Origin: Antechinus flavipes
Taxonomy: Eukaryota
DNA: 64,000 nt
NCBI RefSeq assembly: GCF_016432865.1
Contig: NC_067398.1
Location: 492,404,001 to 492,468,000 of the forward strand
Reading direction: 5' to 3'
Part shown: positions 63,742 through 64,000 of the stretch, in pieces
Numbering within the stretch: the stretch's first letter is position 1
Layout: every line of letters begins with the position of its first letter
Notes under the pieces: model-generated
Told to the model about the DNA's origin: nothing
The model's input: only the letters and a program-made list of their open reading frames with translations
Databases searched by the model: none
Position numbers and translations under genes: made by a program

Positions 63742-63964
63742 CTTATCCTAAAACATAATCATTTTAATCCCAAAGTATGATTGCTAGCATTTAAATATAA
63801 AATGCAATATATATTTACACATCTATACTTATATATGTGTATATAATAAAAAGAGCAAATAAGTAATAAGTACTTCACATCTGTGCTTACCAGTGTGCTA
63901 GATTATGTAGATTCTACAAGACATTATTGTTGCTCTTAAGAGAATTAAAAGGCAAGGTTTAAAC

Positions 63965-64000
63965 TAGGGGTCCTCAAACTAGGGCCCCCGGGGCCAGATG
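63965..64000 (+). mobile_element. 5' end of an OC1 (OposCharlie1)-like hAT element, truncated by the window edge
   Basis: taggggtcctcaaactagggcccccggggccagatg versus recalled terminus CAGGGGTCCTCAAACTACGGCCCGCGGGCCAGATG; preceded by gtttaaac. Confidence 0.7.

Overview
AT-rich, strongly CpG-depleted mammalian genomic DNA. The repeat inventory (WSINE1 with intact TSD, MAR1- and WALLSI4-type CORE-SINEs, marsupial L1 3' ends, RTE, an OC1-like hAT end) points to a marsupial, most likely a dasyurid such as the Tasmanian devil; this is inferred from repeat families only. A large fraction is decayed transposons (L2, CR1/L3, MIR, L1, RTE, hAT and Tigger MITEs, one probable solo LTR), with microsatellites and four N-gaps of about 200-240 bp. 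No ORF in the supplied track matches a host protein I recognise; two are decayed reverse-transcriptase fragments. The window looks intronic or intergenic. Several short segments have good splice sites and open frames and could be exons of a gene I cannot name. The most solid unusual feature is a set of local copy events: a 122-bp piece copied 1.19 kb into an L1, a ~265-bp inverted copy inserted into an L2 ~1 kb from its twin, a ~430-bp inverted duplication with a 1.44-kb spacer, and a 308-bp tandem duplication. There is also a cluster of PBX-MEIS motifs with NF-kB and CTCF-like sites at 9.5-13.5 kb. All alignments and counts were done by eye, and most repeat boundaries are approximate.
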